A stretch of 64,000 nucleotides of DNA from the NCBI GenBank assembly GCA_002633005.1, contig NMRA01000160.1, positions 207,640 to 271,639 of the forward strand. The letters are read 5' to 3'. The stretch comes from Phoronis australis (Eukaryota > Animalia > Phoronida). The translations under genes were made by a program, and so were the position numbers. Under the pieces are notes generated by a model that was not told the DNA's origin, made no database searches, and saw only the letters and a list, made by a program, of their open reading frames with translations. Of this stretch, positions 52,995 to 64,000 are shown in pieces (the first letter of the stretch is position 1; each line of letters starts with the position of its first letter).

Positions 52995-54842
52995 ATGAAT
53001 CCAACGCTAGATATCACTTCAGTGTAAAAAATATCCATGCTGTTAATTTTTAACACCCGAACATGACCAAATAAATTTAGGAGATAGAATTTTACTTGTC
53101 TGCCCTATTGTATTCTAGATTGGTGACTTTTATCCTAACTGACTTTCAGTCAATCTCAGAACCAAATGTAGTCTTGTGATTGATAGTCCGTTTATTTCAC
53201 TTCATTATTTTAGTGTTTATTGCAAAGCTTGGAGCACCAGGAATACCTTAAAATGAACAGAAGACAGGATGTGAAAGTCAAACAAAACAGAGACACTTAT
53301 TATACAACCCCAAATCACTTTCAATTAAGGTCATGTAGAACACTGGAAAAATGTCCAATTTTGGCGAACTTTGAAATGGTTGAAGCACTACATGTAGTGT
53401 TCTCCGAAACGCACCGAGCAGTTATACTTAAAAATGTATTTGCATGCTCCTAACTATATGCTAATGTATAGCAGGAAATAAAAGACAATGTTATTTTAAC
53501 ATAATCTCCCCTAAACAAAGTTCAGTTGTATTCATTGACAACTTGTAAAAGTGAAAACAAAAAATTCTGCAAATAGGTGACCTTTGCACTAATGACGTAC
53601 CTCGCGGGCTCACATAACCCACATCATGGGGTGTTATTCCCAAAAAACGGGTCAGGTACTTAGTGGATACGGTTGAGTGATTTACGCCGGCAGATCATTT
53701 TTGACACAAAACTTGTTCTTAAAAACATTTGGCAATTTTTAACCTACTTCATATTCACATCATCGCTATATGTTGTTTCTAACTAATTTTACCAAACAAT
53801 CACAGAGATGAGGAATTAGCGTGCAAGTTCACCTTTAAAGTGTTCCACTTTCGAGAAGAGGACTTAAAAAGTTGCGTAAAATGAAAACGAAACAATATTT
53901 TGAAAACTAAACCAGTATTTTTGAGACTTCACATTGAAATTGTTATCATTAAACAATCAAAATTCATGTTTTTGAGGACGTCAGTGTTACCAATGCACCT
54001 CAACTACTTTTTTCAAGATTTTACTATAACGACACAGTCACATGACCCAGTGGCAAATTGGTAAAAAGTCAAAACTAAAGAGATACAGACTTTCTAATTT
54101 CAGAAAATATAAACCTTTTCAGAGTTAAACTCTATAGTTTCTGTAGATATTTGGCTAAAACACATACTTGACCATAGGTCATTTCATAACCTCAAACTAC
54201 AATTACATTTCATACCCGCGCGCATAACTTAGTTTCAATATGTGGTCGACATAATGGACAAGTTACTTTCAAGGGTTATTAGGAAATACCAGTTGCTATA
54301 CAAATGTATATTTCTTGCCTAATTACCAGTCAGCAAAGACTACTGTTATTGGAAAATTGCGTCACCTCAGTTGGACAATGATAAAAAATTGAACAGAGTA
54401 TGTCATAAACAAACGAAGAGCACACTTGTTACAAAGATGACGCGTTTCCTTGCTACAAACAAAACTGCAAAAGGAAGTCGTGTTCCTTCTATCGCTGTAA
54501 ACAATTAAAAGTGTGAAACATTCAGAGAATATTTGTGAACTGCTTTTTTTCTGCTTCTCTAGGAGTAATACTGCGACAAATAAAGATAATGCTACATGAT
54601 GACAACACAAACCTTGCCAATTGAAGACTTTCTTAACAAATATAGCATGAAGCTACAAAAATTTATTTTCTTTGGTTATTTCAAATAATAGTAATTTCCT
54701 AAACTGCCATTTTATTTTTCTATCTTTCATTCAAAGGTCACCAAAACTCATCAAAATTTATCATATGTGACAGAACATGTACAAACCAAGTTGGTATAAA
54801 AGCTTGTTTTCAAAGTTCTTTCAAAGAGAAATTTCACAAAAC

Positions 54843-54927
54843 AGAGAGAGAGAGGGGGGGGGAGGGAGGGAGGGAGGGAGAGAGTGGAAGGGATAGAAAG
54901 AGGAAGGCAGAGAGGGCGAGGGAGAGA
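54843..54927 (+). repeat. (GA)n/(GGGA)n purine tract, G-quadruplex-capable
   Basis: gagagagagaggggggggggagggagggagggaggg…. Confidence 0.8.
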
Positions 54928-55860
54928 TGTATTTGAAAGTTTGGCTCGGAAATGGATCGTGTACAGTTCAAAGCTATCAATAATCCCTGAAATGCTTACC
55001 TCCAAAACACGCCTAAGTCGTTTTTGCTATACTAACTTTTCAGAACTATGCCTAACTTTTCAGAACTTTCAATGAATCACTGCGCAACAAACTGAGCAAA
55101 AAAAAATTCTGATACAACCCAACTTTGAACACTTAAAATTCAATTCTAACAATTCCCAAAGCTAACCGATTTAAGGACATTTTAAGCAAACTGGCCAACG
55201 AATGTGGTTCAAACCAGAGTTCCTTCAGTGCTTCAGTCTACTTTAGTGCAAGTTTATTGAGATCATCACCACCAAATCTTCACAAGACATCGCTATGTAG
55301 TGCAAGTGGACCATACCGTCACACAAGCTTGCATTACCAAAGTGCTTAGTGCGACTCTGTGCACTTCTGATCCGTGTTTTTACAAAGATGAAACGTTTTC
55401 ATTAAAACACTGATTGGCATATAATTTTGCTCATCTATCAGACTCCTCGTGGTAAAAATGTCACTGAATTTCAAATGGCTGAACATCTCATGCTAAGTTT
55501 GTGACTCGATAAAATTATTTTATTTATCGTGAGGGATGTAAACTGGTGCGAATTATGCCACTACACAGGACTGCTGTGTTTTAGTCCGTCCCTTTGGAGC
55601 CCTTACTAAAAAGGGCAATCATCATCTTCAGGGATAACAAGCTGGCAGTTCTTTGCAGATACAGAAATCACTTCTCATTTGAGAAAGGTACAAGTTTTTT
55701 GACCAATTTTATGGAGACTAAAAAATCAAAAGTTCACTTTTTTGCAGGTTTACAGCCGCTAACTGGTTTTAAACTTAGCTCGCTAAACTACAATAAAACT
55801 ATGCATTGAAAAGTGATCAAATCTAACTCAGACATGAAATTTGTTAGAACTTGTACTTAC

Positions 55861-55972
55861 CAGTTTCCTGGTTCACTTCAGTCACTAATTCCGTTGACTG
55901 CCAACTCAAATCACTTAATCCAATGACAAAAAGGCCAACACAGACAAAATATCCCACTCCAAATACTCCCAT
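55861..55972 (-). CDS. InR: Insulin/IGF-like receptor, first coding exon (signal peptide); whole exon 56068-55861
   Basis: Acceptor catttcattttttcag| at 56069. ATG at 55972 gives MGVFGVGYFVCVGLFVIGLSDLSWQSTELVTEVNQET, then a phase-1 donor G|gtaagt. This joins in frame to TG TGT TTT of the L1 exon (…QET-V-CFNVDIRN). Too short for the ORF track. Confidence 0.82.
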
Positions 55973-56993
55973 GTCTGTTAACAGTCAGTCAGTGAAATTT
56001 TGGAGGGTTCACTGGATTTGAAGTCCTCCTTAGAATATTTACGCACATGCTGTGTGTGGCGGACATCCCTGAAAAAATGAAATGCTCAACAATAAAAAAA
56101 TTAATGAACAGAAAGCTCCCAGTTATATACGATGACGACTCACGTGTATAATCATGACAAACAAACTCTCTACAGTTCTCCCTGTGTACATCTTGTGTAC
56201 AGAAATATTGCCTTTGTATTCACCTCACATGAGGATTTGTCATTCACGCTTGAAATAGTGCCGAGGTGTGAGCAACATGTCCCGTCTTAGATTTGTTGTT
56301 TTCATTCAAATACAATTGTCATTGACTTTTGACCAAGAAATGGCACCAGATGTAAGCTGACCTTCATGGCTATGTCTCAATGTCTGTAAAATGTTTCCCC
56401 CGAACAATATCAGTGTCTGTCAGTATATTCCCTTTTGGCGATTCCTGATTTTGAGAACCAGTAACACTATTCAGCACTTGGATAAAACTGATTTCCAAAA
56501 TCATAGAATACCAAAAGGCCTTAAATGTTCAATGTTCTGTTAAGACAATGAAACTTTCTTGATGAATATTGTGAGTTTACAATAGTTCACAACAACTGTA
56601 GGCCTATGTAAAATTGACTGTTCAAGTGTTTGATTCACGTGACATTCAGTACGCGTAATAGCTTAGGAAGGTCAAAAACACTCAGGATTGTGCCCTCTGT
56701 CCTGAAAAACCAAGGACAAGGGCAAAGAGTAAAAATATGGAATTTGCTCTTAGTACCCAATTCAGAATGTACACCAACAAGCCAACAATTGTCTATGAAT
56801 TATCAGGAAACAGTGTGAAAAAGTCCTTGAGAACTGCAATTACCATTTTACCACCGCTTAATATTCACGGAAGATGTTTTTTTCTTCTGTTCTAACAAGT
56901 CTTTTCCTGTTGTGTGATACATGTTTGTCATTTTGACAACAACTAGCGATCAAGTACTAGACCTACCACAAAAAAGAACCGTTAGAAACTTAC

Positions 56994-57355
56994 GTCCATG
57001 ACTCAAAACACAAAGTTACTTTGCTGAGATCGACAACGTTAGATCAAGTCCTATCCAATCTGCTATCTTGTTCTTGGTCCCATGTACAATCATACAACGC
57101 AATAATTTAATTCTGAAAACGCTAACATGTCACTCATAGAAATTCCACGCAGGTCTAATAGCGACCTTTCTCAAATCTTTGGAGTTTCCTCGATCTGGCC
57201 TTTTTTCCACCGTTTCGCTCACCACTGGCCAAGAAATCTACGATTATCGTGACCTGAGTAAGGGCACTATCTCCTTGATATTAAATCGTAGCCCGATCTT
57301 CTGAAAATCACGTTGTATCATGGAACGTCGTCCACCATCTTGATACCATTTTCAA
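56994..57355 (-). other. InR: Probable non-coding first exon (5'UTR) of the insulin receptor gene; 5' boundary uncertain
   Basis: Strong donor ATGGAC|gtaagt at 56993. CpG-richer sequence with AAAATGG/AAGATGG motifs near 57335-57352 and a CCAAT box upstream. The signal-peptide exon has its own acceptor, so an upstream exon is required. Confidence 0.55.
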
Positions 57356-57439
57356 ACACAAAATATTTCAGCTTTCAATTATTTCCCTTTGCCAAACAGT
57401 AGGGTACCCAGCAAAATTCAATGAGTGGAATACTCACTA

Positions 57440-57470
57440 GATGTAAACAACCTAAGACCCTGATTGGTCC
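57440..57470 (-). promoter_or_regulatory. Putative InR proximal promoter: FOXO consensus site plus CCAAT box
   Basis: GTAAACAA (TTGTTTAC on the minus strand) at 57443-57450 and ATTGG (CCAAT on the minus strand) at 57463-57467, about 100 bp upstream of the inferred first exon. Confidence 0.5.
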
Positions 57471-60067
57471 ACTCAATGAACGAAGTTAGCAAGAAATGAC
57501 AGCCGCACGTTTCGAACGTCCAAGTCATTTACACCGTGCCGGTCTCGGGCGTTATGGTATACAAATATTTGTTCGCAGTTTCTCTCTAGGTCAAGATTAC
57601 TTCGTCGTGGTCAAACCTTTTTCCTGAGAAAGTTCCCAGTGAGGTTTAAAAGGCGAGAACGAAATCTCTGGAAAAGATTTCCATTCCATGCTCTAAACTA
57701 TACCGGTACTCAAGCAACCACAAAATGGGGTCACTTGGTTCGTGCGTGATTATTTAGTTTCCTCCCCAACCACCATGTCCTCAACAAGCAAGAAAAACAC
57801 CAGATATTTTATTAGTAGGCCTACTGCAGAATCGGCTCCGGTGTGAATAAGGAGTGACGTGAGGGCATTTGCAATGGTGAGCCAAGCTGATCCCGGCCAT
57901 CGGTCGTCCGCCGACTCACTGAAATTTAGAAAAAAATGATGCAAAGTTTTCTTTTCGCCCCTTTGAAGGATGCGAAATGTGTTTGGATGTTTATACAATT
58001 AGTATTTTGTTGAAGACATTTCGACGAAAGCAGCTGCCCAGCGTTTAATTACCACATACATGTAAAATGCAACGTCATTACCGTGGGTCTTTGAACTTTC
58101 GCCAGGCAGGAACGGACAGGTAAAAATGTAGGTATCGACTTTTTTATGTTATCATGGTCACCAGCAAGGTGTGCGAAACAAAATGGCGATAAGACGAAAA
58201 TCGGTGAATATTGGACTCGAGCGCATATTGCTGCAACACAAAAACGTCGAACACGGCGAACCCTAAAATTCATCGTCTCACATGTCGGATACTGTCATGA
58301 CCCCTATTGAGGAAATGTACAGCAGCTATCGGTCACTTTTCATCCTGGACTTCGGCTATTGTTTTCATCTTGAAATGAAATGAAGTCGAATTATCACTCT
58401 GCGATGAGATTCCAACTACTACTACTTGCCTTACTTGTTATTACAAACGTTAAAATTTCCTCTTGAGTGTCATTTGTTGGAATGTTGTAAAGCTACTCAA
58501 CTCAAAACCTCTGTGGTGGGTTACTTTCCGTAGGCTAGGCCACTAAGTCGGCGTCCGGAGGAAAACGACGCCGAGAGGATCAAGTTGCGTCCATTTACAT
58601 GTGAATGAAACAATCCATAGCCATTTTACAAATTGCAGCTGCGATCCTGCATCACCCAGTCTCGGACCAGTAGACACAAAACCCGCGTTACAAGCCCGGG
58701 GTACAAATCTAATGCAAAGCCCCGTTTCAACACCCGAGCACAGAACTCTAACCCTGGAATGCCAAATCCCGCGTGTGACCAATGTATTCAATTATTAGAG
58801 CTTGTGACCCCGAGACTAGCCGCGAGAGGTTGCACTGTGAATTTATCCGACTTAGCTACGCAAACACCTTTCCTCGCGGATGAACGAGGCCCCTGAAGAA
58901 ACATGAAAAATTCTTGCTGTGTGCAGTTAACTGTTGAGCTCAAAAACAAGGTTATGCTTTGGACGAACGAGTAAGGTGTTTTAATTTTAAAATTCAACTT
59001 GGTCCAGATTGATATTTGAAACCTAACACATGAAATAGACGTATATAAGAATTATTAAAACCAAAAAATCAGAATTGATGGTCACATAATTACTTGTGAA
59101 TGTGTGCAAGGGAGTGAATGAGAACCTGGATATAATGTAAAAGCGATTTCTGAGGCTGTACTCGTTTTTTATTTTTTATTTTCAAAGTTTAAAAAATGGC
59201 CAAAAAATTTTCTTTTCAATTACGAGCCTGTTTTTTATTTTAATAAAAAATATATTTAATAACACCAGTTATTCTTTCAGATCAATGACAAATCACTTGT
59301 TAGTCCCAGTAGTCCCTACCTCACCAGGACATAGGCTATATGCTTAATGTTAATACTTTTGATCAACAAATTAAACCAGATGTGACTAATTGCACATGAC
59401 AGCAAAATGCGATGAGAGACTGTCGAATATATCTCCAACTCGTCAAAAATACAAGCAGATGATCTGGTTTGTGTAGAAAGCATTTTTATCAACAATTTAC
59501 AAGAAGAAACGTAACCCTGCATTCAGCATAATACCTAATCCGTAGCACTACCGTGACGATCGCCGCAGTTTGGTCATATTTACTTTTCATGTTTCGAACA
59601 TAGTTTTCCGAAAAAAATTATACCTTCTCGTCAGACAACTCTTTAGTACATTGACTTGTTCTCTAGTGTATTTTTCTACGTCTCTGTGGTTAATTATCGA
59701 CACATTTTTAAGATTTATTATCCAGCTTGGACTCGAAAGACCGGCCATTTAGTATGCAAATTTCCGCTTTGTTTATCGCAGTGAGCCTCGCTTTGGATTT
59801 TAATGTCCGCCGCGTGAGTTAGGAGGCACAGAACAGTTCTCAAAACCCACATCACTTGATTTGTCACCTTTTCTTCACTCTGTCAAAAACAGGATGCAAA
59901 GAATGACGTGTTTTCAGTTATTTCACATAAAAAGCCCTGCAGATGAGCGCAGAAACTACTCTCTCTTGTATTTTTGACCCTTTCAATCCCACTGAAAACC
60001 AAGCTAGTCTAAGAAAAATAGGGGCAAAAAAGTGCAAAATCGGCACTTTTCACCCCCAAAACAGCAC

Positions 60068-60290
60068 TTCCCTGCCGATGCACAACTAAAACCAACATAT
60101 CGGTGAAACATTAAGACCACTGGAGACAAGAATTGCTGAGCATAAGAGGTGTTGTAGAGAAGGTAGTACCTCATCAGGAGTAGCAGAACACGTGGTCGAA
60201 ACAACACAACATCAAGTGGAATAACATCCGAATACTTGACAGTGAAACAGGTTGGATCAAGAAAAAGATCAAGGAAGCCATGTAAATGAA
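60068..60290 (+). pseudogene. Penelope-like retroelement GIY-YIG endonuclease remnant
   Basis: IGETLRPLETRIAEHKRCCREGSTSSGVAEHVVET, a frameshift, then IKWNNIRILDSETGWIKKKIKEAM*. This is the classic PLE YIGET.R.L..RI.EH…S..AEH…W…IL..E…KEA pattern. Confidence 0.85.
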
Positions 60291-61678
60291 AGTACAAGGC
60301 AATGTCTTCTGTCAGCCAAGCAAACAACCAAGTGACACCTGGCTTAGTCTACTTAGGAAGGTTCAAGTATAATAAAATTCCCCCTAAGTAATTGGATGAC
60401 TCCAATAGTTGTAATACACCACCACCTCAGAGCGGTTTTAGGAAGTCACAGCACAGATCGTCTAAACGCACTTGGAAACGTACACACATTTCGAAAAATC
60501 GAGAAAATTTGTAAAGCGAAGCTTTTGCGGAGCGTATTAATTTACTGGATTTTTAAATTCAGTAAGTCAATTTTGCGACTGCAAAACCATATTTTTTCCA
60601 GAGGCCCCTCTCAGGCAAAGGATAACGGAGACGACTGTCGCCTTTTTTCTCGAATTGTACATCACTTCAGAAAAATTCATGACCTGACAGATATCATCAA
60701 TTGCTGCACATTTCTTGATTTTTGAAAAGATAGACATTTTCACATAGAGAGGCCATTGATGACATTCAAGTGACCACAGGTTTTATATTTCTATTGGCAA
60801 ATTCTTAAGGGTAAGCTCACGGAGAGAGGACCCAATGTTGGATTCGGCTACGTCTATTTTCCTGTTTTTGTGAAATCGTGCAACCAACTTTCATGTTGAA
60901 GAAGGTCACTTCCTGCACCGTCCACGGTCTGACCACACGACGGTGGAATGAACTGTCACTCTTTCCAAGCTTAATGATGTTTAGCTTTTCATTATTAAGG
61001 TGTGCCATTTCAGACGAGACCCTCTCTCGGTGGAGCAGTTCGGAGAAATGTCCTTTTGTCCTCTTCACATGTAAATCCGACACTGCCAAGTATTCACGAG
61101 GGAAGTTGTGATACGAAATTCATCAAAAAAAAACAAAAACAAAAACGCAAAACATTCATGCACAGCACTGCAGTATCAAGACATTCGACCCAAACAACCA
61201 AAAAATTTTGAAAAAATACAATAGGATTGACCGCCATCGTAAGGGAGTCAGGAATTTTAAAGAACGTGAAGACCGTTGTTTGTTAATTACACAAAAGGAC
61301 TATTTCCGATGGTTAGAATGTTACTGTTTCCCATATTATCTCAAGAACAGTATCTCTTTTGAAGATGGTTACTATGAGTTGTTTGTAAGAAATTCCAACA
61401 TGTGGAAAACACTGCTGTCGAGGCTACCATTGGGGTGACCGTGTACATGTCGAACGAGTGTACCCAAATATTCGCAATAATAAACAAATTAAACAAATAT
61501 TTCAGCGTTTTTTTTTGAGGTCAAGTTAAATTCGTGAATCGTTATAGATACCTCGGAAAGACCAAAAGTACACCTCACTATGAATGCCCAATCCCCATAT
61601 TTCCCCGGTTACCCGTCAAAAGTCTGCGAGCATGCATGCGGAAATTGCTTATAACATTCCGTTGTGACTAACAAATTC

Positions 61679-62375
61679 GTTGGTTTCTGATATACATGTT
61701 TATGTATCTACGAAAACCGACAGGTTAACAAGTGATTTTTGGCAATTAGAAGCTAATCTTTTAAGAAATGATGACGATTCAGGGAATTAAGTTGAAGCCT
61801 GAATATGGAAAAAACTATAATCCTATCCCCAAATAGTAAAGTGCACTTGGACGCGTTTTGCCTAGTATCTAAAATAACTCTCAAACACATTGATGAAATT
61901 TGGACACTTTCCAAAAAAATTACTCAAAATTCAAATGACAATAAATGCATTGCTTTTTGACTTCGGTACAAGATTTGCTGTTTAAAGTCACTAACAGGAT
62001 ATTAAATCAAGGTAAACGCATTGCTCATGGATTTGATTGTTGATTTCTGATTTACATGTTTATGTATCTACGAAAAGTGGACTGATTGAGAGATGATTTT
62101 TTGACAATTAGAAGCTAATTTTGTAAGAAATGACAATACTTCAATGCATTTAATTGCAAACCGACATTGAGAAAATTCGACATATCATCAGATCCCCAAA
62201 TATAAAAGTACACTAAACGATTTTTGTCTATGTGAAATAAGTCTTAAGGAAATTGATGAATTTCAGACAACTCAAACTCAAACTCAACAATGTGTCCTAA
62301 AATGTTCTCACAATGCAAATGACAATAAATTGTTTATTGGCTTAGGAACTAGATTACTGGTTTTAAGTTTACAAA
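61679..62375 (+). repeat. Older tandem duplication, ~360-bp unit x2
   Basis: tttctgat.tacatgtttatgtatctacgaaaa…caattagaagctaat…aagaaatga…ccccaaata…caaatgacaataaat occurs at ~61684 and ~62044. Confidence 0.8.
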
Positions 62376-62559
62376 CCGTAGATGAAAAACGAAGTTTAGG
62401 TACTTAAATAAATAAAGTCAAACTTATTGGTCATCACCTTGGAAAGGTTGTCTTTGAACTTCCTCAATGTTTTTGGATTCCAGTAGTATTGCGCAATGAA
62501 TTTTTGTTCTTCAAAACTGAATCGTTTGATTGCATTTCCCGTGCATACTACACACAGAG

Positions 62560-62810
62560 CATTCGCGCATTCAGCCTGAAATTAAGGGGGGCTCGAATTT
62601 TTGAGGATGTGGACCTTTTTTACTAAAGAAAAAAAAACGAATACAGGGTTCGTTCAGGGCTATGAATTGTGCATACGCCGTAACCTGCCTTTTTAGTGGA
62701 CTTTTGTCTCGTTTTTCTCGGATATTTTGTTTCTCTTAAGCGGACCTTTTTGCCCACATTTCCATCGAGCCCCCCGAGCTCCGAGCAGCCCCCCCCCAGG
62801 TGCGCGCATG
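62560..62810. mobile_element. ~250-bp MITE with CA…TG termini
   Basis: cattcgcgca…tgcgcgcatg with internal inverted ggggggctcga / tcgagcccccc. Flanks cacagag and cacggag form an imperfect 7-bp target duplication. Confidence 0.6.
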
Positions 62811-63477
62811 CACGGAGGACGTCATGACAGGCACACCCATGTTAAAAATAAGGTGTAACCATGCAATAGGCCTGCTTAGAATCTCAGTTACCCACGGGAA
62901 CTAAATTTGAACCCCAAACGTTGAAGTGTGTACATTTTTGGGACACTCTCTGTATCATTTCTTCAGCAACCAGAAACTGGACTACAGCCTGTGTTTCATC
63001 AAGGGATTCTGAAACGGCCACAAAGGCCCTCATATCAGGCTCCTTGGGACCAGATTTTTCCAAAGAACCCCCATAATAAAATGAAGTTTTCCCGAAAATG
63101 GATCGTAATAAATGGAACCTTGACCTCCGACCCAGCTATAGTTACTTCAGGCAGCTCCCAGCTACCCGTCAGTGCGCTCGGGGCCTAGACGCATTATTAC
63201 TCTCCGTGAATTTTTGTTGGTTTGTTGGTTCACGGTTACTCAAATCCTGATTGCTTTATCCCTGGTATTACCCCCACCTATGGCGGACGTGGGGGTGGGG
63301 TTCGGTACAAATATGGTGACATCCAGAGAACGGGGTTGGGGGCGTGACGATAGCAAGGGGGTAGGTTGGCGAAGTCAAATTAGTTTGTGCCCCCCAATAG
63401 TTTTTTCCTTCCTACAGGCCTGCGTCTGAGGAAAGTGCTGCGTCAAATAACTGCAAAGAGTTACAAGACGAGACACG

Positions 63478-63937
63478 ATGGCAAAGCCTTCAGAAATGCG
63501 ACGGAAATGCACTGCAAAGGGGAAAACTATGAGAATAATCAAGTCCGGCTTCCCACACTTGGTTGGTGACACGATTTTGGAAAAACGCGAGCATGCTAAA
63601 AAGCATGCGCAACACTTCCGTCGATTCATTACTTGTGAGCCTCGTGGGAGTAAAGAAATGATTGGCTGTTTGCTCACTCAACCCGATATCGATTCCGGGG
63701 CGGACGTCGGAGTGATTTTCATGGATGCTTCTATGTTCCAGGACATGTGTGGGTCAGGAACCCTGACGGTGGCCGGGTACGCAGTCGACAAGCACCTGGT
63801 CAAGCCTTCCCCTCCTCTCACCACCTTCACAATTCAGGCAACCTTTGGACCGATGATCGCGACGGTCCACGTGGATTCCAGCGGGAAAACGGGTGCATCA
63901 AGTTTTACAAGTGTTCCGTCGTTTGTTTACAAGACAG
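63478..63937 (+). CDS. Proline racemase family protein (L3HYPDH / ProR / hydroxyproline epimerase-like), first coding exon, partial, with an N-terminal frame anomaly
   Basis: Frame open from ATG 63478: …MRIIKSGFPHLVGDTILEKREHAKKHAQHFRRFITCEPRGSKEMIGCLLTQPDIDSGADVGVIFMDASMFQDMCGSGTLTVAGYAVDKHLVKPSPPLTTFTIQATFGPMIATVHVDSSGKTGASSFTSVPSFVYKT. Aligns by eye to family motifs EPRGH, AD.GV.F, MCGH and VP[AS]F. Acceptor ttccttcctacag| before 63418, donor G|gtacag at 63938. Missed by the ORF track because the frame has no stop before the window end. Confidence 0.88.
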
Positions 63938-64000
63938 GTACAGACTTTGATTCGGCATCAGTGCCTATATATTCACGTAAACTACAGTATTACTTTGTAA

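Noticed and set aside
60817-61438. Several 70-90 aa ORFs between the two genes
   Set aside because: No recognisable motifs or consistent splice phases linking them to either gene.
63375-63950. Listed ORFs overlapping the racemase-family exon in other frames or strands
   Set aside because: Shadow ORFs of the real coding frame. Only the EMHCKGE portion of 63387-63569 is meaningful.

Overview
Eukaryotic, AT-rich, intron- and repeat-rich DNA from a bilaterian invertebrate; the exact taxon cannot be fixed from the sequence. About 57 kb is the 5' half of an insulin/IGF-like receptor gene on the minus strand. I assembled it by hand with GT-AG sites and consistent phases: a probable non-coding exon (~57350-56994), a signal-peptide exon (56068-55861, ATG at 55972), a ~33 kb intron, the L1 exon (22486-21953), a ~14 kb intron, then seven exons covering the Cys-rich, L2 and FnIII-1 domains down to 805. 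The gene continues beyond the left edge. At the right edge, facing the opposite way, is the first coding exon of a divergent proline-racemase / trans-3-hydroxyproline-dehydratase family gene (+, 63418-63937). It is absent from the ORF track, has altered motifs (MCGS, EPRGS), and its EMHxxGE motif lies in a different reading frame. Introns hold MITEs, a DINE-1/HINE-like element, CTCF-motif-bearing repeats, tRNA-derived SINE heads, minisatellites, and decayed Academ, piggyBac and Penelope fragments. Most listed ORFs are spurious. No prokaryotic features or CRISPR arrays were seen.
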